In this document: positions 44,726 through 54,315 of the stretch, piece after piece
Layout of the letters: each line of letters begins with the position of its first letter
Numbering within the stretch: the first letter of the stretch is position 1
Assembly (NCBI GenBank): GCA_963695855.1
Contig: CAVOHZ010000010.1
Location: 96,001 to 160,000, forward strand
Direction of reading: 5' to 3'
Source of the DNA: an uncultured Nitrososphaerales archaeon
GTDB taxonomy: Archaea > Thermoproteota > Nitrososphaeria > Nitrososphaerales > Nitrososphaeraceae
DNA length: 64,000 bases
Notes under the pieces: generated by a model
What the model saw: the letters and a program-made list of their open reading frames with translations, nothing else
Told to the model about the DNA's origin: nothing
Database searches by the model: none
Translations under genes and position numbers: made by a program

Positions 44726-45754
44726 ATGTATGCGGCATTAGATTTAGGACAGAAAAACATTCAGGCAGTATTGAAAAATAAAGATGGTAAGATTATAAAG
44801 GAAAATAAAATACAGCGTAATACCAAAACAATACTAGAATTTCTTGATAATAGTAACAAGAATCATAATAATATTGATATTGTAATGGAGTCTGGTTACA
44901 ACTATCAATATCTATATGATCTTTTACAAGATGAAGGTTATAATGTAAAAGTAGCACATCCACTAATGGTCAAGGCAATAGCATATGCTAAAGTCAAGAC
45001 AGATAAAGTAGATGCTAGAATATTAGCAGATCTACTAAGAATGGATATGATACCAGAATGTTATATACCTAATAAAGATATAAGAAATTTACGAGATCTA
45101 GTTAGACGCAGATACTATTTTGTCAGTATTCGAACAATGTTCAAAAACAAAGCACATGTTGAGATGAGTAAAAGATGGTTAGATGCTAATGTGACTAATA
45201 ATATAACAACAACAATGATTAAAAATGATCCATTTTCTAAAAAAGGAAAATGTCATTTACGTTCACTGGGAATACATGCATTAGATGATTGCCTTGATAC
45301 CATAGATTTTCTAGATAGAAAAATAAAAGAGTTGGATACAGAAATAAAGAAATTGGCAATAGAAGATAAATACTCTAAACATCTTATGACAATTCCAGGT
45401 ATATCTTACTATGCAGCTCTTCTAATATCAAGCGAGATAGCAGATATTAACAGGTTTCCAGACTATGAACATCTGTGTTCTTATGCTAGATTAGTACCTG
45501 GTACATATCAATCTGGAAATACATCATTCTCAAAAACAGACAAAAAACAAGGGAGCAAAATGCTAAACTGGATTATGGTACAGTGTACTCATACACATGT
45601 ACGTTATTGCCAATCATCGATAACAGTACATTACAACAAGATAAAGAATAGAAAGAGAAATAACAAAATTGCTATAATTGCAGCAGCAAGAAAATTAATG
45701 CGTGTGATATATGTTATGCTAAAGGAAGATCGTCCCTTTAGACTGGATGAATAA
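44726..45754 (+). CDS. IS110 DEDD recombinase/transposase
   Basis: YAALDLG, VMESG, KTDKVDA (D-E-D-D); TIPGI; PGTYQSG catalytic-Ser motif; AAARKL; likely start ATG 44726. Confidence 0.95.
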   Translation: MYAALDLGQKNIQAVLKNKDGKIIKENKIQRNTKTILEFLDNSNKNHNNIDIVMESGYNYQYLYDLLQDEGYNVKVAHPLMVKAIAYAKVKTDKVDARILADLLRMDMIPECYIPNKDIRNLRDLVRRRYYFVSIRTMFKNKAHVEMSKRWLDANVTNNITTTMIKNDPFSKKGKCHLRSLGIHALDDCLDTIDFLDRKIKELDTEIKKLAIEDKYSKHLMTIPGISYYAALLISSEIADINRFPDYEHLCSYARLVPGTYQSGNTSFSKTDKKQGSKMLNWIMVQCTHTHVRYCQSSITVHYNKIKNRKRNNKIAIIAAARKLMRVIYVMLKEDRPFRLDE

Positions 45755-45759
45755 TAATA

Positions 45760-45900
45760 TAGTATAGGACCTCTTGGTTTCTTGCATCGTCATATTGTTA
45801 TTATTATATGATAAGTATGATGGATGCCATCTGTAGGTTAGGTCTGGCTACTACTAGCGCAAAGCCACGGTGCACTATTGGTGCGTATGGGAGAATGCTA
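45760..45900 (+). ncRNA. Putative bridge/seek RNA with target-binding and donor-binding loops
   Basis: Two stem-internal loop-stem modules; loop segments TGGTTTCT and TCTGTAG match the target halves, ATGGGAG matches the element's right end; boundaries approximate. Confidence 0.8.
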
Positions 45901-45986
45901 TTATTCATCAGTTAATCATATTAGGAACGAGTATTATATGAACATGGGAGAAACCATCATAGCTAGCAACATTCTACAGTTAATTA

Positions 45987-46988
45987 TTGAACAAACAACA
46001 ATCAAAATATGTTAGATTAGCAGATCAACTATTACGTATTCTCAAACATTGCAGAATTCCATTATATTTGCATAGAAAGAGCAACCACATTTACACAGTA
46101 TGGCAACACATAGTACTTGTTACAATAAGACAGTATGAAGGTAAGAGTTATCGAATGTTTACAGACTGGCTTGTTGAAGCATACTATTTGAGATTGTTTT
46201 TACAACTATCCAAAATACCACATTATACAACCTTACAAAAATTCACTGATAGAATCAACATCATGAAGCTTGGAAAGATAATCTCATCATTTATCCTCTT
46301 TACAGGTACAAGACACATATTTGCTGGAATAGATGCAACTGGATTCAAAATAACATATGCGTCAGAATATTATACGAATAGAGCCAAATTGAGAAGGAAG
46401 AAATATGCTAAATTATCTATTGGTGCAGATGTTCTAAAACAGATAATCTGCAAGGTCAAGGTAAGACGAGCTCCAACAACAAGACATGACAATATGGATT
46501 TCAAACCTATTGTAACAAAAATATCAAAAATAAAACCATTATCGGTAGTTGTAGCGGATAAAGCATATGATAGCGAAGATAACCATGTACTTGTAAGAGA
46601 GAAACTACATGGATTCAGCATCATGCCTCCAAGATATGAACAAGTACCAGTATGGAAAACTCGTGGTAAATATAGAAAGGAGATGAAACGTGGATACAAC
46701 AAGATTCTATACAATCAAAGAAACAAGGATGAAACTATGGTATCTGTCATAAAAAGACTATTTGGGGAACATATCACATCCAAACTTGTGAGAATGCAAA
46801 ATAGAGAATTGACATTCAGATGTATAGCATACAATACTCACAGAATGGTGAAGTTGGTTGTTATAGTAATGGTTTCTACACAGCGATTCTTCTACAAATT
46901 CACATATATTCAGGAACTGATATTGATGTGCTTGAAGCAAACTCTCGTACTACGTCTTCAGTTTCTCTGTATGGTAAATGAAAGTTAA
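45987..46988 (+). CDS. IS5-family DDE transposase; reads through the right TIR into the flank
   Basis: PHYTTLQKF, GIDATG, VADKAYDS, YNQRNKDET..SVIKR. Confidence 0.9.
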   Translation: MNKQQSKYVRLADQLLRILKHCRIPLYLHRKSNHIYTVWQHIVLVTIRQYEGKSYRMFTDWLVEAYYLRLFLQLSKIPHYTTLQKFTDRINIMKLGKIISSFILFTGTRHIFAGIDATGFKITYASEYYTNRAKLRRKKYAKLSIGADVLKQIICKVKVRRAPTTRHDNMDFKPIVTKISKIKPLSVVVADKAYDSEDNHVLVREKLHGFSIMPPRYEQVPVWKTRGKYRKEMKRGYNKILYNQRNKDETMVSVIKRLFGEHITSKLVRMQNRELTFRCIAYNTHRMVKLVVIVMVSTQRFFYKFTYIQELILMCLKQTLVLRLQFLCMVNES

Positions 46989-47557
46989 AACTCATATAAT
47001 TAAGTAACTTGATCGTTGATTCTGGATATACGAACATTCCATCTTTTCGCCTTCATTCATATTTACAAGTTCTGTATTCCAGTTATCGATAACAAAAAAA
47101 TCAAGTAACATCTCTGCTGTCTTTATCAGAGATTCATTACCAGAGATTCATTATATTTCGTTCAGCTAGTCACATAATATACTAGAATACGTTAGTTAAA
47201 CGTATTAGGAATGACAATTTGCACGGAGCAAGAGATCCACTAGTTATAAAATTGATTGAAAATACTTTATAATAAGCACAAAGTATGGGAGATATATTTG
47301 TATAACAATCATCTAAAAAATTCATAAATTCAAAAGTTAGCATTTAAATTGCAAGAGACAAGATTATATGTCTATCATCATATAAAATGTACCTAATTAC
47401 TAAAATACTTGAAAACACAACATAATATAATATTGGTCCAAATTAAAAAATATTATATATTTTTGTAACTATTATTGGTTCTGAAAATTGAGATAGTAAA
47501 AATTCGTCTAATAATCCTTCCTATCTCTGATATACTTTAAATTAAAATAATAAGATA

Positions 47558-48025
47558 ATGAACTTTTTCAAAAACAGTCCAATGCTTTTTGCTACTGTAA
47601 TGGTAGCGGCAAGTGTTTTGGCTCTAATGACACCATCAGTTACGACAAATGCGCATGCTGTACCCTATGGGACAAATGCGCATGCTGTATCCTATGGCAG
47701 CGATTTCAACGATCAATATAGCTATGGATATGGAGATAAATCTCGATATAACGATGATAAATATAGCTATGACGATCCAAGAGATAAAAGTGTAAGTGTC
47801 CAAGAAATAAAATGTCAAAACAAAAATGTCAATGTGAATGGAATAGATATCACTGAAATACCTCACGATACTACAACAACAGATGAATTACAAGCAAATG
47901 AACAAGGTCCAAATGGAGGACAAAATGGTAACGATTTTGACAAGATAAACTTTGACAGGAACTTGGTGAATATCTGTCTAAACGTGAATGTTAATAATCA
48001 AGAAGAAGGACCACCACCAGCTTAG
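47558..48025 (+). CDS. Secreted hypothetical protein, paralog of 5722-6384
   Basis: Signal peptide, IKCQNKNVNVNGIDITEIP, RNLVNICLNVN; internal 27-bp duplication (TNAHAVxYG). Confidence 0.75.
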   Translation: MNFFKNSPMLFATVMVAASVLALMTPSVTTNAHAVPYGTNAHAVSYGSDFNDQYSYGYGDKSRYNDDKYSYDDPRDKSVSVQEIKCQNKNVNVNGIDITEIPHDTTTTDELQANEQGPNGGQNGNDFDKINFDRNLVNICLNVNVNNQEEGPPPA

Positions 48026-48282
48026 TGGGCCTATGTAAGTATCAGTAATGATGTTTACATTCAATCATTTTTTTTTTGGTGAGCAAAATACATGTTTTCA
48101 AATTTGTCTTTTATACTATCTATAGTTTTAATTCTGTAAACTAATTTTGGAAATAAAAGGATAGACGTGAAGTAAAAAAATATTTTTTGCTAAAATATCA
48201 AATAAGGGTCTAAAAGAAAGGTTAATAATATATAAAATAAATTTACTTTCAATTTCCTTCTGCCACTTTTTTTCATTGATCT

Positions 48283-49626
48283 CTACCAAGTAATTTCTTT
48301 AGGCGGTTTTGAAAACCTGTTCTTTGTATTGAGATGATACTCCACAGCGATGGAAGGGTCCTTCTGTCTTCCTGTCAAAATCCCAACAACAACATCGTCT
48401 ATTTTGATTATCTCCTGCTCTCTTAACTTTTTTATTCCCGCAGGTACTGCACCAGAAGCCAATTCACAATCAAATCCATTTAAACCAACAAGAGACATGC
48501 CATCCATCATCTCGTTATCTTCAACCTGAATAACCAATCCCTTGGTAAACCATAAAGCTCTCAATCCTTTTACAATATTTAGTGGTTTTCCAATCTGTAT
48601 TGCCGTTGCCCTCGTCTTTGGCAGGATATTCTTTCTTTTTTTATCCTCGTAGTATCTTTCTACTAAGGACGTATCTGGTCTGCCATCATTCCATTCCAAT
48701 TTCGTGTCTTCAAAAAGTCCATTAAACAATTCATAAAGAGTATTAGCCCCTTTCGCATTTACCACTGCAATACGGGGAATCTTTTTTATCCATCCCCATT
48801 CATACAACTCCATTAATGCTTTGCCGCAGCTAGATGTATTTCCCAGTGCACCTCCAGGATATACTATCCAGTCAGGAGGGTTCCAGTTCAGGTGTTCTAG
48901 CGCTCTGAAAATTATTGTCTTTTGTCCCTCGATTCTAAATGGATTTACAGAATTTACGGTATAACCATCAGTGGTCTTTGAATATTCCAGAGACGCCTGT
49001 AATGCGTCATCGAAATTTCCATCAACCTGAATAACCTGTGCTCCAAATTGAAATGCCTGTCCTAATTTTCCAGGAGCGATCTCACCTCGAGGGATAAAGA
49101 CATCGCATTCCATGTTCTCGTTAGACGCGTACATTGCGGCAGACGCGGAAGTATTTCCGGTAGAGGCACATATCAACTTAGAAACTTTAAGCATTTTCGC
49201 ATGAGTAACAGCTGCAGACATTCCATTGTCCTTAAATGAACCGCTTGGATTGTATCCCTCTGGCTGTAAAAATAAACCTTCATGAGGTAAATCTACAAAA
49301 TCAGCGACCTTGGACATGTTGTAAGGCTTTGAAAGTCTCCCTTCGGCACCATCCAAAGATACTAGAACCTCAGAACATTGAACGATGTCCTCGGTACCTA
49401 TTCCGGGAAAATTTAAAAGCTCCCTAAATCGCCATACACCACTCTCATTATAGATATTTCCATTTGGATTTCTTCTCTCATAGAACTTCTCCACAAGATC
49501 TTGTTTTGCGACTTTTTCATAAATAATGTCCAGAAATGAACCACAGGAACACTGATAAATATTACTAATCATATCGTATGTTAAACCACAGGAAGGATTG
49601 ATACATTTTTTTGAGACTTTACCCAT
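48283..49626 (-). CDS. thrC: Threonine synthase
   Basis: NPSGSFKD, CASTGNTSAS, NSVNPFRIEGQKT. Confidence 0.9.
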   Translation of the reverse strand: MGKVSKKCINPSCGLTYDMISNIYQCSCGSFLDIIYEKVAKQDLVEKFYERRNPNGNIYNESGVWRFRELLNFPGIGTEDIVQCSEVLVSLDGAEGRLSKPYNMSKVADFVDLPHEGLFLQPEGYNPSGSFKDNGMSAAVTHAKMLKVSKLICASTGNTSASAAMYASNENMECDVFIPRGEIAPGKLGQAFQFGAQVIQVDGNFDDALQASLEYSKTTDGYTVNSVNPFRIEGQKTIIFRALEHLNWNPPDWIVYPGGALGNTSSCGKALMELYEWGWIKKIPRIAVVNAKGANTLYELFNGLFEDTKLEWNDGRPDTSLVERYYEDKKRKNILPKTRATAIQIGKPLNIVKGLRALWFTKGLVIQVEDNEMMDGMSLVGLNGFDCELASGAVPAGIKKLREQEIIKIDDVVVGILTGRQKDPSIAVEYHLNTKNRFSKPPKEITW

Positions 49627-49874
49627 CCGAATGTTTCAACATTTGTCTTATTTATAATATTAATGGATTAAACGGAAACCACAACTGCAATTCTATTTAT
49701 TAGAGCCAGAATTAAAAAATTATGCCACAAGATATTCAAAAAAGATTTCTTAAATAAGATATCTAACTTTGTTCTAATTCGCAAACATTTTTCGTTCAAA
49801 TATTTATAAAGTTAATTTACTTTATAAGAAGGAATTTGTGAATTAACAAAAAAAATAACAACACTCCGTACCTT

Positions 49875-50141
49875 CTATCTTTTAGTCCTTTTCTCGTACA
49901 TCTTGAGAATTTGTTGGATCGTTCCATCCATGTCCTCTTCTAGAACCTGAGGAGTTACTGATATTTTCAGCAAGCTATTAATGGTCGTTGAAATTTCCGA
50001 GCTCACCTCATCAAAACTATCCATATCGCTATAACTTTCTTGATATAATCTTCTCAGTTTCATTGCATTTAACTGAGTCTGATCATTTAACGCAATGACA
50101 TATTCTCTATTATTGACAGTGATATTCTTTTCTTCATTCAT
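49875..50141 (-). CDS. Conserved-looking hypothetical protein
   Basis: Clean ORF with an upstream TATA-like element. Confidence 0.65.
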   Translation of the reverse strand: MNEEKNITVNNREYVIALNDQTQLNAMKLRRLYQESYSDMDSFDEVSSEISTTINSLLKISVTPQVLEEDMDGTIQQILKMYEKRTKR

Positions 50142-50356
50142 AAGATCATAGCCTATTCCAAGTATTTAAAAAACTTTCTATTAGAATAACACTCTTTTTT
50201 AAAGGATTAGTACATTCTATCCTAAGATAGTATCTGTTAAAACCCTTGAAGGATTTTATTTTTCGATCTTTGTTGTTAAATATCTAACTACAATCTAAAT
50301 ACCAAAAGTAAAAACTAAAATAAATTAATAAATGAATAAACAATATTATTGCCTGT

Positions 50357-51346
50357 TTGTCAACTGATGACGATAAAATTTGTATCAAACTTTACTCGTT
50401 ATTAAGAGAAATTATAAAGGATATCTCCTCTGAAGGTTTGTTACTGTCCGGAGGAGCAGATAGTAGCATCATTGCAAGCGTCCAAAAACCCAAATATGCT
50501 TTCACTGTGAGTTTAGAAGGAAAGGGTTCTGATCTAATATATGCAAGTCAAATAGCTGAAAAATACGGATCAAAACACATTCAAGTAAAAATTGCATATA
50601 AAGAGTTAGCTAAAATCGAAGAGAAAATAATTCAACTTTTTGAAACCTTTGATCCAATATTTGTAAGGAATTCTAGTGTGATTTTTGCTGGTATACAGAA
50701 AGCGTCTCAATTTGGAATTTCTACTATTTTGACCGGTGATGGAGGAGATGAATTATTTGCAGGGTACAATTATCTGAAAAGGTATTACAACGACCCTAAA
50801 AAATTGGATATGGAACTGAAAAGGCTCTGGGATATAATGCATTTTCCATCTAAAAAAATAGGTAGTTACTTCAAGATCAACGTCGAGACGCCATTTCTCA
50901 ATGAAACATTTATTGATTTCGCAAAATCGTTAGATGTCCGTTTCAAGGTTAATGAATACAACGGTAAGGTTTGGGGCAAATATATCCTAAGGAAATGCCT
51001 TGATAAATACACTGCAATGAAAACCCATTCATGGAGAGAGAAGGAAGCACAAGAAGAGGGTTCAGGTTTTTCCTTAATAGGCGAGTACTTTAATAAGGTT
51101 TTTAATGACGAGGAATTTGAATCAGAAAGCAAAAGGATAAAAGAAAAGGATAATGTAAAAATTAGAGATAAGGAACATCTATTTTATTATAACACATATC
51201 GAAAATATTATGCAGTTCCACAAGAATCCAAATGTAATAGAAGGTGTCCAGAATGTAATGGTTGTTTTCAGTGGTCTGGGAGATTTTGCAGGTTATGTGG
51301 AGCCTTCCCTGTAGACCCTATTGTACAGAAAAGCAGCAGTATGTAA
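50357..51346 (+). CDS. Asparagine synthase C-terminal-domain protein with C-terminal zinc ribbon
   Basis: LLLSGGADSS, LTGDGGDELFAGY, KYILR; CPEC...CRLC. Confidence 0.85.
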   Translation: MSTDDDKICIKLYSLLREIIKDISSEGLLLSGGADSSIIASVQKPKYAFTVSLEGKGSDLIYASQIAEKYGSKHIQVKIAYKELAKIEEKIIQLFETFDPIFVRNSSVIFAGIQKASQFGISTILTGDGGDELFAGYNYLKRYYNDPKKLDMELKRLWDIMHFPSKKIGSYFKINVETPFLNETFIDFAKSLDVRFKVNEYNGKVWGKYILRKCLDKYTAMKTHSWREKEAQEEGSGFSLIGEYFNKVFNDEEFESESKRIKEKDNVKIRDKEHLFYYNTYRKYYAVPQESKCNRRCPECNGCFQWSGRFCRLCGAFPVDPIVQKSSSM

Positions 51347-51542
51347 TACATTAAATTCAAAATTCGTAAAACGGTCAAGACACAAGTTAGCAAAACAATA
51401 TAGAGATGCATCAATTTTCTTTTAATCTTTACAAACAGAACTATTAAAGATCGGGTAATTAACTATTAATTTGGTCTAAAGATTTTCACTTTATCAATTT
51501 TAAACAGATTATTCTTTAAACAAATGGTGATTAGAGACTAGA

Positions 51543-52223
51543 ATGGAATTTAATAGGAAATGGATAAAACCACCAACTAATGATAGTATTACATCAAATG
51601 TAGCAAATAAGATTCTTGACAATAAATTTGTAGAAAATATAAAGCCGCAAGCACCTCTTAAACCTAAAATTGAGGAAGCGCAAAAGAAATTACAACTTCA
51701 AATTACAAAGTTAGAGGGTATTTCACATAAAATGCAAGATAAAGATCAGCTTATTTTTAAACGAATTGTTTATGCTATGCAAAACCATGACAGCCAATAT
51801 GCAAAGGTATTATCTAACGAATTATCGCAAATTAGAAAAATGAACAAGATGGTTAGTTCTGCAAAACTTGCAATGGAACAAATCCAATTAAGATTGAATA
51901 CAATTACTGAATTAGGAGATGTTGTTATAACATTAAGTCCCGCAATGTCGGTCATAAAAGGAATCCAAGGAGGACTATCCTCGATGATGCCAGAAGCTGA
52001 CCAATCATTTGGACAAATATCTGATCTGTTAGCCGGTATTATGACTGAATCTGGACAAATACCAAATGCAGAGATAACAGGACTAGGCGGAATTACAGAA
52101 GATTCAATGAAAATATTAGAAGAAGCGAGTATCGTGGTAGAACAGAACATGAAAGAAAAATTCCCAGACTTTCCTACCAACCAAGAAGTCGATTCACAAA
52201 GCTCGGAAGCTTCAATGTATTAG
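51543..52223 (+). CDS. cdvB: ESCRT-III/Snf7 (CdvB-family) cell-division protein paralog
   Basis: ELSQIRK...EQIQLRLNTITELGD...ILEEA..V.E. Confidence 0.8.
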   Translation: MEFNRKWIKPPTNDSITSNVANKILDNKFVENIKPQAPLKPKIEEAQKKLQLQITKLEGISHKMQDKDQLIFKRIVYAMQNHDSQYAKVLSNELSQIRKMNKMVSSAKLAMEQIQLRLNTITELGDVVITLSPAMSVIKGIQGGLSSMMPEADQSFGQISDLLAGIMTESGQIPNAEITGLGGITEDSMKILEEASIVVEQNMKEKFPDFPTNQEVDSQSSEASMY

Positions 52224-52286
52224 TTCCTCAATATAACGTCATAAAAATAAGAGAAATAAACCAGATTTCCGGCATTAAAGAAATAA

Positions 52287-52607
52287 TCAAGACTCGGCAA
52301 CTTTTTTTATCTCTTTTTTTATCCTTGAAATAGTAGGATAGCTATATCCCTTCTCTCTATAACTTTTTATCATTTTCTTCCAATTTTCCAATCTCCAATA
52401 TGCCTGTTCCTTACTAAGCATATTTGTCTCTTTTTTTATCAAACTTTTTCTACCAGGAAAAAGATATCCTCCATTTTCCGCACTATGTCTCTTGTATGCA
52501 AATCGGAGACCAAGCAAAACAATATCGGTAGGAAGCGATTTTAGGTAAAACAAAAATTCATTATAATCTTTCTCTTTAATTTCTAGTTCTAGTGCTAATT
52601 TTTTCAA
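52287..52607 (-). CDS. Conserved-looking hypothetical protein with C-terminal HTH-like segment
   Basis: GYSYPTISRIKK. Confidence 0.7.
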   Translation of the reverse strand: MKKLALELEIKEKDYNEFLFYLKSLPTDIVLLGLRFAYKRHSAENGGYLFPGRKSLIKKETNMLSKEQAYWRLENWKKMIKSYREKGYSYPTISRIKKEIKKVAES

Positions 52608-52639
52608 TAAATAGAAATGAAACCTTTTCTGTTTAAATC

Positions 52640-52661
52640 TTTCTAAACTCGAGTTTAGAAA
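52640..52661. promoter_or_regulatory. Palindromic site, copy 1 (TTTCTAAACTCGAGTTTAGAAA)
   Basis: Perfect 22-bp palindrome 33 bp upstream of the 52287-52607 gene; function inferred. Confidence 0.55.
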
Positions 52662-53056
52662 TATGCAATATTTTGGGCCTGAACTATATAAAATCAGTTG
52701 TTAGTCCAAGCAAAAGGTCTTTCTGACTTTGATATGAAATTTTTTTGGATGATAAATATTTCGTGTACTATGTACCTTCTTCTTCTTGAAATAAAAGAAT
52801 CTCCCAAGCAATAAGCGGTCCTAAATCATGGACACATTGACCGGACAAAGCGTCCTTAAGGAATACAAAAGAGATAAAGTAAAGATGACTATTTTAATGG
52901 TCAACTTTTGTTAAAGAAAATTTACTAATAGCTTTGAATAATAATTTAAAATATAATGTAAAACATTGTAATGTAAAACATTGTATAAAGTCAAAACAAG
53001 TCTATTGTGTTGTTCTATATTGTCAAGTCATAACTTTTACATCAGATAAAAGTATG

Positions 53057-53084
53057 ATATTTCAAAACTCGAGTTTAGAAATAT
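53057..53084. promoter_or_regulatory. Palindromic site, copy 2 (ATATTTCAAAACTCGAGTTTAGAAATAT)
   Basis: 28-bp near-perfect palindrome downstream of bioF. Confidence 0.55.
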
Positions 53085-53140
53085 AGGTATGTAGTGCAAC
53101 TTTTATTTAGATCTAATGTGTCTTATAAACTAGTGATATA

Positions 53141-54315
53141 TCATATTATTTTATATTTTTTGCCCAATGTTTCTAGACATGTTAATACATATTCTAATTT
53201 ATTTTTTTCTATATGTCGATTAAGAGATATTCTTAGGCGAGATTCACCGAACTTTACAGTAGGATACCTTATGGCTTGTACAAGATCCCTTGTTTAAATA
53301 GATCATCAGAAAATCTGACAGCTAGTTTCTCATTGCCAATTATTATTGGCACGATCTGACTGGAACTCGATCCTGTGTTGAATCCTAATTTCTTTAATTC
53401 TCTCAAGAACCAATGTATTTTAGTAAAGAAATCGACTTGCAAAACGGGATTTTTCTTAAGGATCGAAATGGCGTTAATTGCAGAGACGCACAAGTGTCCA
53501 GGGATCGCCGAAGTATAGATAAACTGCCTAGATCGATTTACAAGGAGATTTCTTATCATATTAGAAGATGCGACGTAACCGCCGAAACATCCCAGTCCTT
53601 TGCTAAGACTACTGATATGAATATCTACGTCTTTTTCCACACCAAAGTACTCAGGAATTCCTCCCCAATTCCCTTGCTTACCAAAGACGAAATCGCCATG
53701 TGCATCATCGACAACAAGAATCACATCGTATCGTTTGGATAGTTCTACAAGATGGTCCAGTTTTGCTAAATCGCCATCCATGCTGAAAACACCCTCTGTA
53801 ATTACGATGCTTTTACCTTTTGTTTTTTTTAGTTTTCCTTGAAGGTCATCAGGATCATTGTGATTGAAAATAAAAACATTCTTGTTTGTTTTTGATATTT
53901 TACAGGCATCTATTATACTTGCATGGTTCAGTTCATCACTAAATATTTTATGCTCTCCTGTAGCAATTGCAGAAATTGCTCCAAGATTTGCCATATATCC
54001 TGTAGGATATACTAAAGCAGACTCCGAGCCTCGATGTAAAGCAAGAATTTCTTCAAGTTCGACAATAGCAATATCATTTCCTGATAAGAGGCGTGAACTA
54101 CAAGGAGAAATCTGCTTTAAAGACCCTTTCGTTTTTTCAACTATAATTTTATTTTGTGATAACCCAAGATAGTCATTAGAACATAGATTAATTACCTTCT
54201 TTCCGTTGATGTAAAAATCATTTTCTCTTACTTGTGTTGTTAATAGTCTTCGATATATGTTGTTCCTTTTAAAATCTTCCAGTTGAGCCTTAACATGCTC
54301 ATACTTTGAGGCCAA
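53141..54315 (-). pseudogene. bioF: 8-amino-7-oxononanoate synthase, frameshifted near the C-terminus
   Basis: SNDYLGL, HASIID, EGVFSMDGD, DDAH, SLSK; the conserved AIRYPTV..GESRLRISL tail is in another frame after about 53284 and ends at 53141. Confidence 0.85.

Larger units (their letters stand above)
44666..45950 (+). mobile_element. IS110-family element of IS1111 architecture (subterminal IRs, long right non-coding end)
   Basis: Duplicated AG core (44664-44665, 45949-45950); subterminal IR ATGTTC (44671) / GAACAT (45940); removing it restores the host TIR exactly. Confidence 0.92.
44656..46885 (+). mobile_element. IS5-family (ISH1-like) element carrying a nested IS110 in its left TIR
   Basis: 8-bp TSD ATTCTTCT at 44648-44655 and 46886-46893; reconstituted left TIR GGCTCTGTAGAAACCAT vs right TIR (reverse complement) CGCTGTGTAGAAACCAT. 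Confidence 0.92.
44577..47173 (-). pseudogene. Degraded IS5/IS903-like transposase N-terminus, split by the 44656-46885 insertion
   Basis: Joined flanks on the minus strand read YNESL...LLDFFVIDNWNTEL..MNEG...YPES...FHLPYRETE...PEY..ICRRIN with stops and frameshifts; family recognised from memory. Confidence 0.6.

Noticed and set aside
52956-52986. 15-bp duplication ATGTAAAACATTGTA
   Set aside because: Two copies only in AT-rich DNA; most likely simple slippage
53057-53084. XerA dif site
   Set aside because: It has an 11-6-11 layout but lacks the inner TAA/TTA arms of known dif sites, has a palindromic spacer and occurs three times locally; kept only as an unexplained palindrome
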